Source of the DNA: Eledone cirrhosa
Lineage: Eukaryota
Assembly: GCA_964016885.1 (NCBI GenBank)
Contig: OZ024741.1
Location: forward strand, 193,626,001 to 193,690,000
Length of the DNA stretch: 64,000 nt
Reading direction: 5' to 3'
This document shows, one piece after another, positions 11,870 through 24,410 of this stretch; the first letter of the stretch is position 1; each line of letters starts with the position of its first letter. The notes below the pieces were generated by a model. The model was not told the DNA's origin. It was given only the letters and a program-made list of their open reading frames with translations, and did no database searches. The translations under genes and the position numbers were made by a program.

Positions 11870-14451
11870 ATAGTGGCCCATAAACCACAGACAAAATCCC
11901 ACTCAACACAGACCAAATACAACCAACTACAGCAGAAGAAACATACCCAACCACCGCAACATAGGTATCCACAAAAATATCTCCTACAGAAACCAACCCC
12001 AAAACAACATAGAACTAACCCGCAACATAAACACCATATACCTCAGAAGAAATCCACCCAGAATACATGAAATCCCAACAAAACCTTCCCACATTAACAA
12101 CTACAACAGATATCACCCGCAACACTACAAAAAATAACCCCATAACATCAACACTATTTATTCCAGAAAGAATCTCCCTAGACCACATGAACCCATAACA
12201 GAACCCTTACACAATAACAACTACAACATCACCACATTAACTCTCATAAAAAAAAAAACTACAGATCCATACAAAACAGACAAGCAGACTACAATTACAC
12301 CCAAAATAACATTCCTTTTTTAAAAAAATAGACTGAAATACCAGGACACCTGATAATTAACCTTTCAAAGATATCACTATCTAACACACAAATTAACATA
12401 TTAAGCAAGAGACTGAAATTTACACTCACACCACAAAAATCTAACTTCCCCTAAATGAAAGATGACATTATGGAATTCTGCCAAAAACGTATACTAGTAG
12501 AATACTTCTCCAATGACACCAACACTGAAGACAAATCAATAATCAGAAACAAAAGTGATTTCTGCCCACAGAAAAGAAGGAACACAGCACTGGAAACCTA
12601 CTGCAAACACACCATCAACTTTCCCTATGAAAAAATTGCAAATAAACACACAAAATCAAACCTCTGAAAACACAAATGGAAAGAATTATTTGCACTTCAA
12701 GATAACACTGAAATAACCACCAAAGAAGTCGATAAAGGGAGTACTGTGATCATTATGGACACTGACTACCATAGGGACCTGGTACTTAAAATCTTAGATG
12801 ACAACAAATACTACAAAAAAAAGAAAACTGCAAACAAGTTAAAACAATGGGGGAATCTCCTAGCATTACTACAAAAATATCGCAATAGCCTAGCCACAAA
12901 AGAATTTGAATACATAAGCCTTAAAACTCAGGCCAATTATAGCAGGCCCAGCATGTGAAACCCACAGAGTTAGTAACTTCCTGGGCATCCTACTAAAGCC
13001 CTTCCTAAAACATATATAGAGCTACATACGATATGATCTTGATATGCTGAACCACCTACCCAAAACAGTAAGTGAAAACACTATTCTTGTCTCATTTGTC
13101 GTAGTAAACCTTTACACTAACATGCCGCACAACTATGGAATAACGGGAATCCAGTACTGGCTAGACACACACCAATCTGAAATGCCAACACATATCAACA
13201 AAAACTTTATTATTGATGGACTCTGATTTATGTTACAGAATAATTATTTTACTTTCAATGGTTCGTCATACCAATAAATCTCAGGTACTGCAATGAGCAC
13301 AAAAGTAGCCCGACATATGCCAACTTAGTCATGGGATTCCACGAACAACAAATTGACAACCAATCCCTTCTATTATTTGGAGACTCTTTCCTTACATATC
13401 TCAAAAATAATTGGAAGAGATACCTAGACAATTAATATGAATACACTCACTGTTTTCAAAAATATGATAAACAACATTAACAATAACATACAATTCACAA
13501 TGGAATCCAACTCCAAAGAATTAGCCTTCTTGGATATCTTTATTTTAAAAACAGATGGGAAAATAGAAACAGACATCTTTTATAAACCCACGGACTCCAA
13601 ACAGTACCTCCTCTTCACATCAAGTCACCCAAAACATACAAAACTTATCATTCCTTTTAACTTAGCCAAACGTATATGCACCATAATATCAGGCCCAACT
13701 AAACGGGAACAAAGACTAAATGAACTAAAAAACACACATACCTTAAGAGCTTTCCCACTTGACATAATTAATAACGGAATAGACAGAGCAAAACACACAA
13801 ATGTTCATCAACTTAACAATCGAAAGCACAGAACCATGAACTATATCTTACCATATGTATCCACGTTCAACCCCAGAAACACCGAAATGTTCGACCTTCT
13901 ACACAAAAACCTCCCCATTCTATTTAAATATTAAAAAAATGAAAAAAAATCCTAGAAACACACAAGATCATTAAAAATAAAAGGCAACCCAAATCACTAA
14001 AACACATTCTCAGTGGAACAAATATACACAAACCAATCTCCAGCCTTACGGTAACAAAATGCGGAAGAACAAACTGTAGCACATGCCTATACTTAATTGA
14101 AGAACAAAATTTCACATTTAAAGATGGCCAAACTTTCACAGTGAAAAACAACTTCACTTGCAACTCAGAGAACCTGATCTACATATTCACATGCGGTGGG
14201 TGTTGACATAACTACATAGGATAGACAGGTGGGTCGTTATGTAAAATAATGACCATTGATCGCCAACAAATCTGAGACGTAAACACAAGAAAAATCCTTT
14301 TATGTAGCCACATTGCAGATTGTGCAGGAATGACCCTACCCAACTTTAAAATCTTCCCCCTTTATAAGTGCTCAGATTCTTTCACTCAACAACAAAGAAT
14401 AAATAAAGAAAAATTATTTCTTAACAAATTTAAACCAAAATTAAATATGTA
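11870..14451 (+). mobile_element. Decayed Penelope-like element (RT + Cys linker + GIY-YIG), Neptune-like
   Basis: Fragments GLKF-like/TLTP, DKGSTVIIMD, SFVVVNLYTNMP, GTAMS, FLDIFI..TDIFYKPTD..QYL..SSHP, KCGRTNCSTC, NLIYIFTC..C..NYIG.TG, FKPKLN*; many frameshifts; 5' boundary approximate. Confidence 0.9.
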
Positions 14452-14981
14452 ATCACCCCCATTTGATTATTCATAAGGACCTATTGATTAAGTACATACA
14501 CATATACAGAAAGATTGATACATTTGCACACATACATGCATGTGTATATATGTATAAATATATACGCACAAATATACACTCTCTCTCTCTCACACACACA
14601 CCATAAAATAAAAAAGAAATTATTCATACACATATTTTCCAAAAATAATCTCTCTCCTAATTCCTGATTGAAAACCATCACTAATACTATACTCTGTTTT
14701 TTTAATTACCCAGCACAAAAAGACCTGTGACAAACAAACAAACTAAAATACACACACACCACTACAAAAGCAAATATATATATATATATATTGTTTTATT
14801 TGGGGAGGGTCATATTGTTATAATATTGCCAGAAATAATAATAAAACACACTCACTGTTTGGTTTGGATTGGTTTTCGCTTCTGTATATTTTATATCTCT
14901 ATAGTTAATTTAGTTGGCAATAAATGTTTATTATTGATTGATCAACAGTTAAAAATATAGATATAAATATATATGTATAGT

Positions 14982-15027
14982 CTATCAAAGTTCTTTCATC
15001 ACACACCTGTGACATCATCAGTGGTAC
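14982..15027 (-). ncRNA. Type I hammerhead-like motif
   Basis: Minus: gtacca-CTGATGA-t-gtcac aggtgt gtgat-GAAA-gaac-TT-tgatag. Confidence 0.6.
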
Positions 15028-15094
15028 TATTATGTTTCCTCCCGTTGTATTGTAATGAAGTAGACATTACAATACAACGGGGGGAAACATAATA

Positions 15095-15140
15095 GTATAA
15101 CTGATGATGTCACAGGTGTGTGATGAAAGAACTTTGATAC
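15095..15140 (+). ncRNA. Type I hammerhead-like motif
   Basis: gtataa-CTGATGA-t-gtcac aggtgt gtgat-GAAA-gaac-TT-tgatac; consensus of the two arms restores stem I gtatca/tgatac; extra U after A9. Confidence 0.6.
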
Positions 15141-15527
15141 ACTATACATATATATTTATATTTATATTTTTATATCTATATATTTATATCATATATATAT
15201 CATATATATATATATGTGTGTGTGTGTGTTATGTATTTCCGTAGAAAAGGAAAAGGAAAGAAGAGTGCTCTATGTATAGTACAGAGCTATTTGATTACAT
15301 AATAAACAACACAGTCAGGAAACTAAACAATACTATGATCTGATCAGCATACTGAACATTTCTGTTAGAATCGTCTAATTTCCTGAAACCTTTGGTAATG
15401 GAATAATTATATTGTGTTGTTTATTATGTAAATAAAAAAAAAATATATATATATATATAGCGATCCTTTGCTTAAACTTTAATCTGTTCTTATAATAAAT
15501 ATATATATATATATATATAAAATATAT

Positions 15528-15602
<75 letters not shown>

Positions 15603-15607
<5 letters not shown>

Positions 15608-16072
15608 CTCCAAGACAATGTCACTGGACCGAGATCTTTGGCGATACACAGTAATACAGAAGACCCGCCTTGCCTAAGTACAAAGTGAAAGCTACTACAG
15701 TCAGTAGTCACCTCTAACAAAAATACACCCTGGCCCCACTACCCCCACCCCATCCACACCACCCCTTCCAATGTAAAGTTATGTTGGTACCACAGCATCC
15801 AGTCCGAAACAAATGAGGGCGTGTAGGTGTCACAACAAAAAAACACACAGTCCACGCTGTAATGTGGCCTTGTAGGTAACACAGTAAAAACCTCCCAGTC
15901 AACACTGTAAACGTGGTTGGTGTTAGGAAGGGCATCCAGCCGTAAAAAAAAAACGCCAGACAGTCCTATATGAACAAGACAACCAATCTTGCCTCAAGTG
16001 GGAAAATTCCCATCCAAACCCATGCTAGCGTGGAAGATGGACGTTAAACGATGATGATGATGATGATGATGA
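15603..16072 (+). mobile_element. RTE 3' end fragment inserted in (TA)n
   Basis: Matches 59076-59543 including the (GAT)n tail. Confidence 0.85.
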
Positions 16073-16077
16073 TATAT

Positions 16078-16137
<60 letters not shown>

Positions 16138-16311
16138 GAAAATAGAGAAATTAATGTAAGCAAAATGCCAACAATAATTCAAACATATAAGTGACTATAC
16201 CATCAAGATGAAAAAATGTTTAATGTAAGTTGGGGGAAAATCAGTACAATCTTAACTCAAAATAAAATCAAGAAGAAATACTTAACCGTCAATTTGGGGA
16301 AAACTACAAAT

Positions 16312-16391
16312 GCACTATATAGTCTTAAAAGACTATTTCACGAAACTTTTCAGTAGGGTTAGTCACAGTTGGAATCGATCTTCAGTAGTGC
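16312..16391 (-). ncRNA. Type I hammerhead ribozyme motif
   Basis: Minus: gcacta-CTGAAGA-(39 nt, weak stem II cga/tcg)-GAAA-tagtct ttta agacta-TA-tagtgc; stem I 6 bp, stem III 7 bp. Confidence 0.75.
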
Positions 16392-16422
16392 TCAACACAA
16401 TATATATATATATATATATACA

Positions 16423-16475
<53 letters not shown>

Positions 16476-16552
16476 AATAAAATATAGAGTTATTAACTCA
16501 TATTGATACCCTGCAATTAACAAGTTCAAAGTATAAATACTGAGCATTATGA

Positions 16553-16868
16553 TATTAATATGTGTAGAAGTAAACACAGTAAATTCTGCGTCTAAAATTA
16601 CGAGGGTAGATTTCACCACAAATGTTATATATAATTTAAACTGAAACATACAGCATGTTACAAGATTTCTTATAAGATTTCCTATACATACCGTATCAAT
16701 AACGAGAGATGAAATCGTTATTGATACGGTATGTATAGGAAATCTTATAAGAAATCTTGTAACATGTTGTATGTTTCAATTTAAATTATATATAACATTT
16801 GTGGTGAAATCTACCCTCGTAATTTTAGACGCGGAATTCACTGTGTTTACTTCTATACATATTAATAT
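16553..16868. repeat. Fold-back palindrome, arms about 150 bp, in (TA)n context
   Basis: Inverted arms around spacer gagatgaaa near 16705-16713; produces mirrored ORFs 16392-16649(-) and 16771-17007(+). Confidence 0.95.
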
Positions 16869-16967
16869 ATATATATATACGTGTGTGTGTGTATCATCAT
16901 CATCACCATCATCATCATTTTACGTCCACTTTTCCCTGCTTTTCCCTGTATATATATATATATATAT

Positions 16968-17002
<35 letters not shown>

Positions 17003-17009
<7 letters not shown>

Positions 17010-17338
17010 CAGGAAAGAAGAGTGACACGGTTTGCTATACAAAAAAGGTTTTCAATCTCATTGCTGACAATTGGTTCTCTGAACTGGTAGGTCTAGAGAT
17101 CGCTACCCACTTGCTTTCACGTCATTCGATCACCAATACAAAGTTGTAACCAGTCAATTCATTGGAGCTTGTGAGAATGATGAATTGACTGGTTACAACT
17201 TTGTATTGGTGATCGAATGACGTGAAAACAAGCGGGTAGCGATCTCTAGACCTACCAGTTCAGAGAACCAATTGTCACCAATGAGATTGAAAACCTTTTT
17301 TGTATAGCAAACCGTGTCACTCTTCTTTCCTGATTTAT
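17003..17338. repeat. Fold-back palindrome, arms about 160 bp; right arm extends about 170 bp unpaired to the next (TA)n
   Basis: Inverted arms around ggagcttgtgag near 17164-17175; mirrored ORFs KSGKKSDTVCYTKK on both strands. Confidence 0.95.
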
Positions 17339-17906
17339 CATTACTCCAAGTGTTTACAACATAGAAATTACAGCGTACTCGCAGCATCACTATGGAAACG
17401 CCTTGTTGACTCAAACTTAGCCAAGCGTTGATATCATCCACTACTCGGAGTACCATAACTGGACTACACTTAAGTGGACTACCTATAACAATAATCTGTT
17501 ACCCTGTATATATATATCATCATCATCATCATCATCATCAGGTTTAGCGTCCGTGTTCCACGCTTGCATTGGGTTATATATATATATAGGCATACAGAGC
17601 TAAACACCAGTTTAATAATAAAGAAGTTATAATACTAAATCTGTCCAGATTTTTTTATTACTTTCAAAATTATCGAAAAATCATAAACAATGTTTTTAAT
17701 TAGAAATATGCAAATGAGAAGGTTAAATAAAGATAGGTTAGATCATATGATCCACTACATCTGATAAACAAAAATATGAGATGGTCATGGCTGGAATACC
17801 TTTTCATCATATTTCTGTTAGTTCAGGCTTAAACTAGGGCAATACAACAACAACAACAGTTATAACGCATTGTTAGAGGTTAATAAATACACAATTGAAT
17901 ACTAAC

Positions 17907-18125
17907 TGAAATTCCCTCGGAGCAATCCTGCATATTAACCCAGTAGTTCTGATGGTTCCACACTGATTCTATGCCAAGGTAGTTGTCTGTATTCAGTGGC
18001 TCTGCCTCACCAGTGAATGGTTCGATGAAAAAACTCTCACCCACTTCCCGTATCCCTGCCAACACCAATACCCAACTGTGGACTCGCATTCCACACATCA
18101 TGTCATCTGGGGGTTCTTCAAGTTT
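17907..18125 (-). CDS. DRC7: DRC7 coding exon 6
   Basis: cag|KLEEPPDDMMCGMRVHSWVLVLAGIREVGESFFIEPFTG..YLGIESVWNHQNYWVNMQDCSEGIS|gttagt; 219 nt; hallmark DRC7 motifs. Confidence 0.95.
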
Positions 18126-18142
18126 CTGTCAACAACAAATAC

Positions 18143-18199
<57 letters not shown>

Positions 18200-18254
18200 T
18201 TGATAAAAGCAAGGAACACAAACTATGAATAAGATAATATATAGGCTAGATATA

Positions 18255-18910
18255 ATACGTCACAATATTATCACATCACAACAACATATGACATGTTCCA
18301 TAATAACATAGGATATAGGATAAAGATCTCATACCTCCTTGTGGAGTCATAGAGGCACCGTCATACGGCATGTCTAGAACACTTTTAAACCTGGCAGAGC
18401 CCAACCCTCTCCAGGTCTGAACACAACCGATTCGCCACCTCCATAATAATATATGACATGTCAAAACAAAATATGATGTTACAACATTATATGACATATC
18501 ACAATAATATATGACATCACAATAAAATATGACATTTCAACAAATATGACATCACAATAAAATATGATGTTACAACAATATATGACATCACAATGAAATA
18601 TGATATGTCACAACAAAATACATTACATTATGACATGTCACAAAAGGGCGGTGGATTTGCAGTATCGGTAGAGGGTCGGACGCCATGCTTTCCAGCATAG
18701 TTACGTCCCTTTTCAAATGCCGCCGAGGTTGACTTTGCCTTTCATCCTTACGGGGTCGATAAAATAAAGTACCAGTAATGCACTGGGTAATTGCTGGCCT
18801 TGTGCCTAAAGTAGAGACAATTATGACATGTCACAATAATATATGAGATGTCAAAACAAAATGTAACATTAGAACAGTATGTAACATGTCACAAGAATAT
18901 ATGACATAAT
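18255..18910. repeat. Degenerate minisatellite of about 19-21 bp (atatgacatgtcacaata-like) interrupted by two SINE-type insertions
   Basis: Repeated atatgacat(g/c)(t)cacaa units. Confidence 0.75.
18646..18822 (+). mobile_element. tRNA-derived SINE (family A) with target-site duplication
   Basis: gtggatttgcagtatcggtagagggtcggac head, gcctttcatccttacggggtcgataaa core; flanking direct repeat attatgacatgtcacaa. Confidence 0.85.
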
Positions 18911-19318
18911 TATCATTTTGCAACTGTTTTCCCTGTTAGCAAGGGTTGAAAATATCATCACAGACTGATCACTACTCAAACAAAGCCTTTCAGATGGGCT
19001 GAAGCTTCATCCCCACATCTCACATACATACATTCCCAAACTCTAGTTATTGCTCTAGTGAGCCAGGAGCCCAACATACAATACCACACTCTACCAAATG
19101 TATTTTCAACACTAGGCAAGTTATAGATAGAGTTGTTTCATCATCACAACACTTGGTTTGGCAGAACAATATACAAAATATGCTACAACAATATATGAGC
19201 AGAATATACACTGGAATCCAAAGAAAAGTGTTGATCAAATCATTGTGATTGAAATTTGGTAGATGGAAATTTTATTCATCTTTCAACAGACATAGTATTT
19301 ACTAGATTTCTTTTCTCT

Positions 19319-19369
<51 letters not shown>

Positions 19370-19554
19370 CCTCTCTCTATCAATCTATCTATCTATCTAT
19401 CTATTTATCTGCCTCTCTCTATTTATTCATCTACCTATTACTCACCCTCTTCTCTCTTTATGAAAAAAGACAATTACTTGAAATGTTATAATTTTCATTT
19501 TTCATGACAAATCAGCTAACTGTAATTTACCACCTGTCTATAGATTCTATTTAT

Positions 19555-19945
19555 AATTGCTTGAGTGAGAATAACACTTACAGCAATCTGAACACTTTAC
19601 ACTTACTTTAGTATTAGTGTACCATTTACAATTTGGTTGAGTGAGAATAACACTTACAGCAATCTGAGCACTCTACACTTACTTGAGTATCAGTGTATCA
19701 TTTACAGAAAGAAATTCTACACTTAGTTGAGTGAGAGTGATGCAGTAATCAAAGCATTCCACACTTATTTGAGCAAGAGTAGCATTTACAGGAATCTGAA
19801 AATTCTATACTTAGTTGAGTGTTAGTATAACACTTACAGTAATCTGTTAGTGTATAACTTACATTGTTAGTGTCTAACTCACAGCAATCTGAACATTGTA
19901 CACTTAGTTGAGTGTTAGTGTCTAACTTACAGCAATCTGAACATT
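19555..19945. repeat. Degenerate tandem repeat (about 45-75 bp) containing copies of the DRC7 exon 5 donor junction
   Basis: acttacagcaatctga recurs near 19576, 19652, 19832 (variant), 19877 (variant) and 19925. Confidence 0.8.
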
Positions 19946-20089
19946 TTCTTCAGTAATAATCCTTTCCTCTTCATCTTTCTTTGCCTTTAAACTTCTAGCC
20001 AGTTGCTTTGCTTCAAATTTACTTGTCAAATCCTTGGGAGGGCGTACAGCATATTTTTTCACAACATTTACTGGGATAGGTTGTTCTTC
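19931..20089 (-). CDS. DRC7: DRC7 coding exon 5
   Basis: cag|EEQPIPVNVVKKYAVRPPKDLTSKFEAKQ..EENVQIA|gtaagt; 159 nt; resembles DRC7 KKYTIKPPRDLCSRFE. Confidence 0.92.
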
Positions 20090-20279
20090 CTGAAACAAAG
20101 ATAATATATTGGATAATCACATGTATATGACATCTTATATAAGACTACATGAGCTGAATTTAACAACTATCAACTAGATCACCACCTCCAAAGCTTCCTG
20201 ATACTATTAATTTATATTGTGTTGGTAAGGCACTGGTAAGACGCTGGTAAGACAGCATAGCTTTTGTTTATGTAGCCAT

Positions 20280-21902
20280 CAGGGATAGTTGCTGAGATGC
20301 TGACGGCATCAGGAGAAGTAGGAACTAAACTGGTTTCATTCATCGTCAATCAAGCTATATATGGCAGAGTCATACTCAAAGACTGGTGCAGCAATCATCA
20401 TCATCATCATTGTTTAATGTATATCTTCTATGCTAGCATTATAAATTGCTACAAAGGTAAAAGGGATGCTCTGGAGAGGAGCAGTTATAGGGGCATAAAA
20501 CTGATGGATCGGGTTATGAAAGTGGCAGAAAGAATACTAGTGCAACTAATTAGAGAAAGGGTCAAATTAGATGAGATACAGTTTGGTTTTGTGCCTCGGA
20601 AAAGTACAACAGATGCCCTCTTCTTAGTGAGACAACTACAACAGAGGTTCTTAGAGAAGAATAAGCCACTATACTTAGCTTTTGTTGACCTGGAGAAGGC
20701 CTTTGATAGAGTACCCCATTCTGTCATCTGATGGTCCCTAAGGAAACTAGGTGTAGAGGAATGGCTTGTGAGGACAGTGCAAGCTATGTACAGGGGTGCT
20801 GTCAATAAAGTGAGAGTAGGAATGGAGTTTAGTGAAGAATTCCAGATACAAGTAGAAGTACATCAGGGTTCGATCCTCAGCCCACTCTTGTTTATTATAG
20901 TCCTCCAAGCCATAACAGAGGAGTTTGAGGCTGGATGCCCATGGGAACTTCTCTATGCTGACGATCTGGTACTTATATCAGAATCAGTAGAGGAGCTAGA
21001 GAATAAATTCTGGCTATGGAAACAGCAGTTGGAATCAAGAGGACAAAACTCTGATTCCATCAGGGAAATGGCCATGTTCGATATGTAGAAAAGGAGCTGG
21101 CATAAATTCTACAATATGTACACAATGCAAATCTTGGGTACACAAGGGATGTAGTGGGATAGCAGGCAAACTAACAGGTAGGGAAAACTACATATGCAGT
21201 AGATCTTCAGGGAAATTTGACAGTAGAAGTCGCAGTGATAGGCACATTTTTCAAATGCAGGCAGGATCTATAGAGGTGGTTGTTAGCTTCTGATACCTAG
21301 GTGATCAGATTAGAAAAGGAGGAGGGTGCTCCGAGGCCATAGTATCTAGAATAAGAACGGATTGGAAGAAGTTTAGGGAGCTGCTTCCTCTGTTGACAAA
21401 GAAGGGTTTCTCCCTATGAACGAAAGGCTGGTTATATTATACTTGTGAGAAATGCACGATGCTGCATGGTAGTGAGACATGGGCAACAACTGCAGAGGAT
21501 ATGCGATGGCTGGAGAGAAATGAAGTAAGCATGCTCCGTTGGATGTGCAATGTCAATGTGCGTGAACAACCAAGCATAGATGAGTTGAGAGAGAAACTGT
21601 GTATAAGAGGGATAAGTTGTAGCGTGCAGGAGAGAAGACTGCATTGGTATGGACATGTGATGCACATGGACGATGACCGCCGGGTAAAGAAGTGGCAAGA
21701 AATCCCAGTGGAAGGAAGTCACAGTAGAGGAAGACCACGAAAAATATGGGCAGAGGTGGTAAGAGCTGACCTCAGATCGCTGAACATCACGAAAGAGATG
21801 ACAAAGGACTGTGATGAATGGAGAGATGCTGTGCTGAATAGGACCTGTCCCACCCTTGCAAGCAGGGAAAAGCAGATGTATGATGATGAGGATGATGATG
21901 AT
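20280..21902 (+). mobile_element. 5'-truncated, degraded RTE LINE (related subfamily)
   Basis: ORF pieces 20297-20731 (FVDLEKAFD), 20768-21088 (LLYADD), 21459-21926; GAT-rich tail. Confidence 0.9.
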
Positions 21903-22363
21903 TTACCATCTTTTATTTCAATATAATTGTAAATGTTATTGAGTATTGAGGGGTATCAGTTTCTATAACATAAGCATTCCTAAATATATTTAATATATGT
22001 TATCATCATCATCATCGTTTAATGTCTGTCTTTCCTCGCTTGCATGGGTTGTGGTTATTTTGTGTTTATTAATGAGTGATTAGTTCTGCAGTCACAAACA
22101 CTGATCAATAAACACTGGTGTAAGCAGGATTAAGCACTTGACATCAGTATGCCTTTCCTAGTATGATATAGGATCACGCAGGTCTATGTATGTGTAGCAG
22201 AGCTACTTGCATGGTGTGTATCAATAATCTATCCAGGCGTGATTTGGCTAAAGTCAGACCAATCGTAAGCCGCGTATGGATATATATCAACTTCTGCCAG
22301 TTCAAAGATTTTACGCTTCTTTGGTTTAAACTAGTCTCTTGCTGATTTAGACACGCAATTATT

Positions 22364-22896
22364 CTAGAGGGGAGATTGAGTTGATATGGTCATGTGATGC
22401 ATATGAAGGATGAGAGCTGTATAAAAAGGTGCAGGCGATGAAAATCGATGGAAGCTATGGAATAGGAAAACCCAGGACGACCTGGGACGAAGTGATAAAA
22501 ACTGACCTTGCACAACTGAACCTCTCAAAGACAATGACACAGGATTAAGATCTTTGGCATTATGCAGTAATGCAGAAGACATGCCTTCCCATCTAGTAGG
22601 CACCTCTTAACCACTATACCCCCAACCGGCCACCCTTGTCCACACCACCCTTACTCTGTGAAAAAAATATATCCAGTCCACACTGTAAAGTGATCATGTA
22701 GGTGTCACGACAAAAAGCATTCAGTCCACACTGTAAATGTGGTTGGCATTAGGAAGGGCATCCAGCTATAGAAACCTAGCCAGAAACAGCTTTATATGAG
22801 TAAGACACGGTTATCTGACCAAATATACCTCAAGTGGGACAACCCATCTAACCTATGCTAGCATACAAAATGGGCATTAAACAATGATGATGATGA
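22364..22896 (+). mobile_element. RTE 3' end fragment
   Basis: Similar to 1095-1676, with taggaagggcatccagc and a (GAT)n tail. Confidence 0.75.
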
Positions 22897-22974
22897 CATA
22901 ACTGAAATTACACATTATCTCCTTATCAACATACGATCTCGACACCCCATGCCAAATTTACATGCCAAATTTAC

Positions 22975-23200
22975 ACTGACTTTGTGAATAGAGACCTCAA
23001 AAACAGCCTCGAGTGGAATTATTTAACTCTTGTCTCTTTTAACAGCATAAAGACACAATCTCTACACTTAACAAAACTGTGCCCTACTAACTCTAAACAT
23101 GAAGAACATGCAGCTAGAACTCTGAAGGTTACAACAAATGCTGTCTCTCTCTGTCATTGGAAATCTCTCCAAGCAACCTAACATTCTCAACAGAATTGTT
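22975..23200 (+). mobile_element. CR1/L2-group LINE RT fragment
   Basis: NRDLKNSLEW..LVSFNSIKTQ resembles the post-YADD DL..I..W....FN..KT motif. Confidence 0.45.
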
Positions 23201-23872
23201 TTTTGTCTTCTTGGGAAGGAGGGAAGCCCTTAATTACTGATGGAGTTGTAAGGTCGCCATTTTGACACACTGTCTGTTTTGGGATATTTTAAACTTGGTG
23301 GAACCCATTCCTCTCCAGGTCTGATCACAGCTGATTTCTTCGACTTAGAGAGGATGGTGAAAAATCAACATCAGTACTGAACTAGTACATTATTTATCAA
23401 CTTTGAAAGGATAAAAAGCAAAGTTGATGTCAGCACTGTGAACCACAACAAATGCAGGAACATTTTTAATCCAACATCCTTATGACTCTATCAATTCACC
23501 ACCTTCTTTGCCTTCTTAACAGTCAAAAAAATACTTTGTCACTCCCAAACAACCACTAATTCTAATAGAAGCTCAGGTAAAGTGCAGCTACTACACATAT
23601 AGTCATTTTACTCTGCATCCCTCAAAAGGCCACCCAACTGATTGGCATGAAATCACATCCAAACTCACTCCTGGCCCTAAACAATAACAACAGCAACGAT
23701 AATATGGAATCAGATTATTATATACTCATATGAACATATACGTCTCCCTCCTCTAGTTAACTCCATTTACCACAAGTCACCCCCATCTTCTACCAAATTC
23801 TGACTTTTCAATTTTTTATTTTTTAACTTGACAAATGCTACTTATTCAGATTACTTATTTCATTGTTATAAG

Positions 23873-24180
23873 CACCCAGTCCACCCTGTAAGCTGGTCAT
23901 GCTGGTGACATGACAAAGATCACCCAATCCACCTTGTAAAGTGGTCATACTGGTTCCATGATTGAAAGCACCCAGTCCATGCTGTAATATGGTTGGCTTT
24001 AGGAAGGGCATCCAGACATAGAAACCATATCAGAAACAGTTCTGTATAAGCAAGACACAGTCACCCAATCTGACTTGTCTCACAATGGGACAACTCGTCT
24101 AACCTATGCTAGCATAGAAAATAGATGTTAAATGGTGATGATGATGATGATGATGATAATAATGATGACGATGATGATTA
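23873..24180 (+). mobile_element. RTE-tail-derived short element
   Basis: Repeated cacccagtccac..gtaa units, taggaagggcatccag, (GAT)n tail. Confidence 0.7.
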
Positions 24181-24410
24181 CTATAATTTTGTCCTTACTA
24201 CCATTACAACTGTATGTATTTGACTTCCTGAGTCTACACCTATTAATCATACATATTCCAGAATGCTTTGCCTTTACCCATTCCACTAATCTGGCTTATA
24301 TTATACACTTCTTATATACTTCTTTTATTTTACTTTAACATTGTGTTCACTTACTTAGTATTTACATTCATCATTATCACTATCATCATCATGACCTGTT
24401 TGGATTCTTG

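Larger units (their letters stand above)
14951..15172. repeat. Fold-back palindrome, arms about 105 bp, in (TA)n context
   Basis: Inverted arms around spacer aagtaga at about 15058-15064. Confidence 0.92.
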
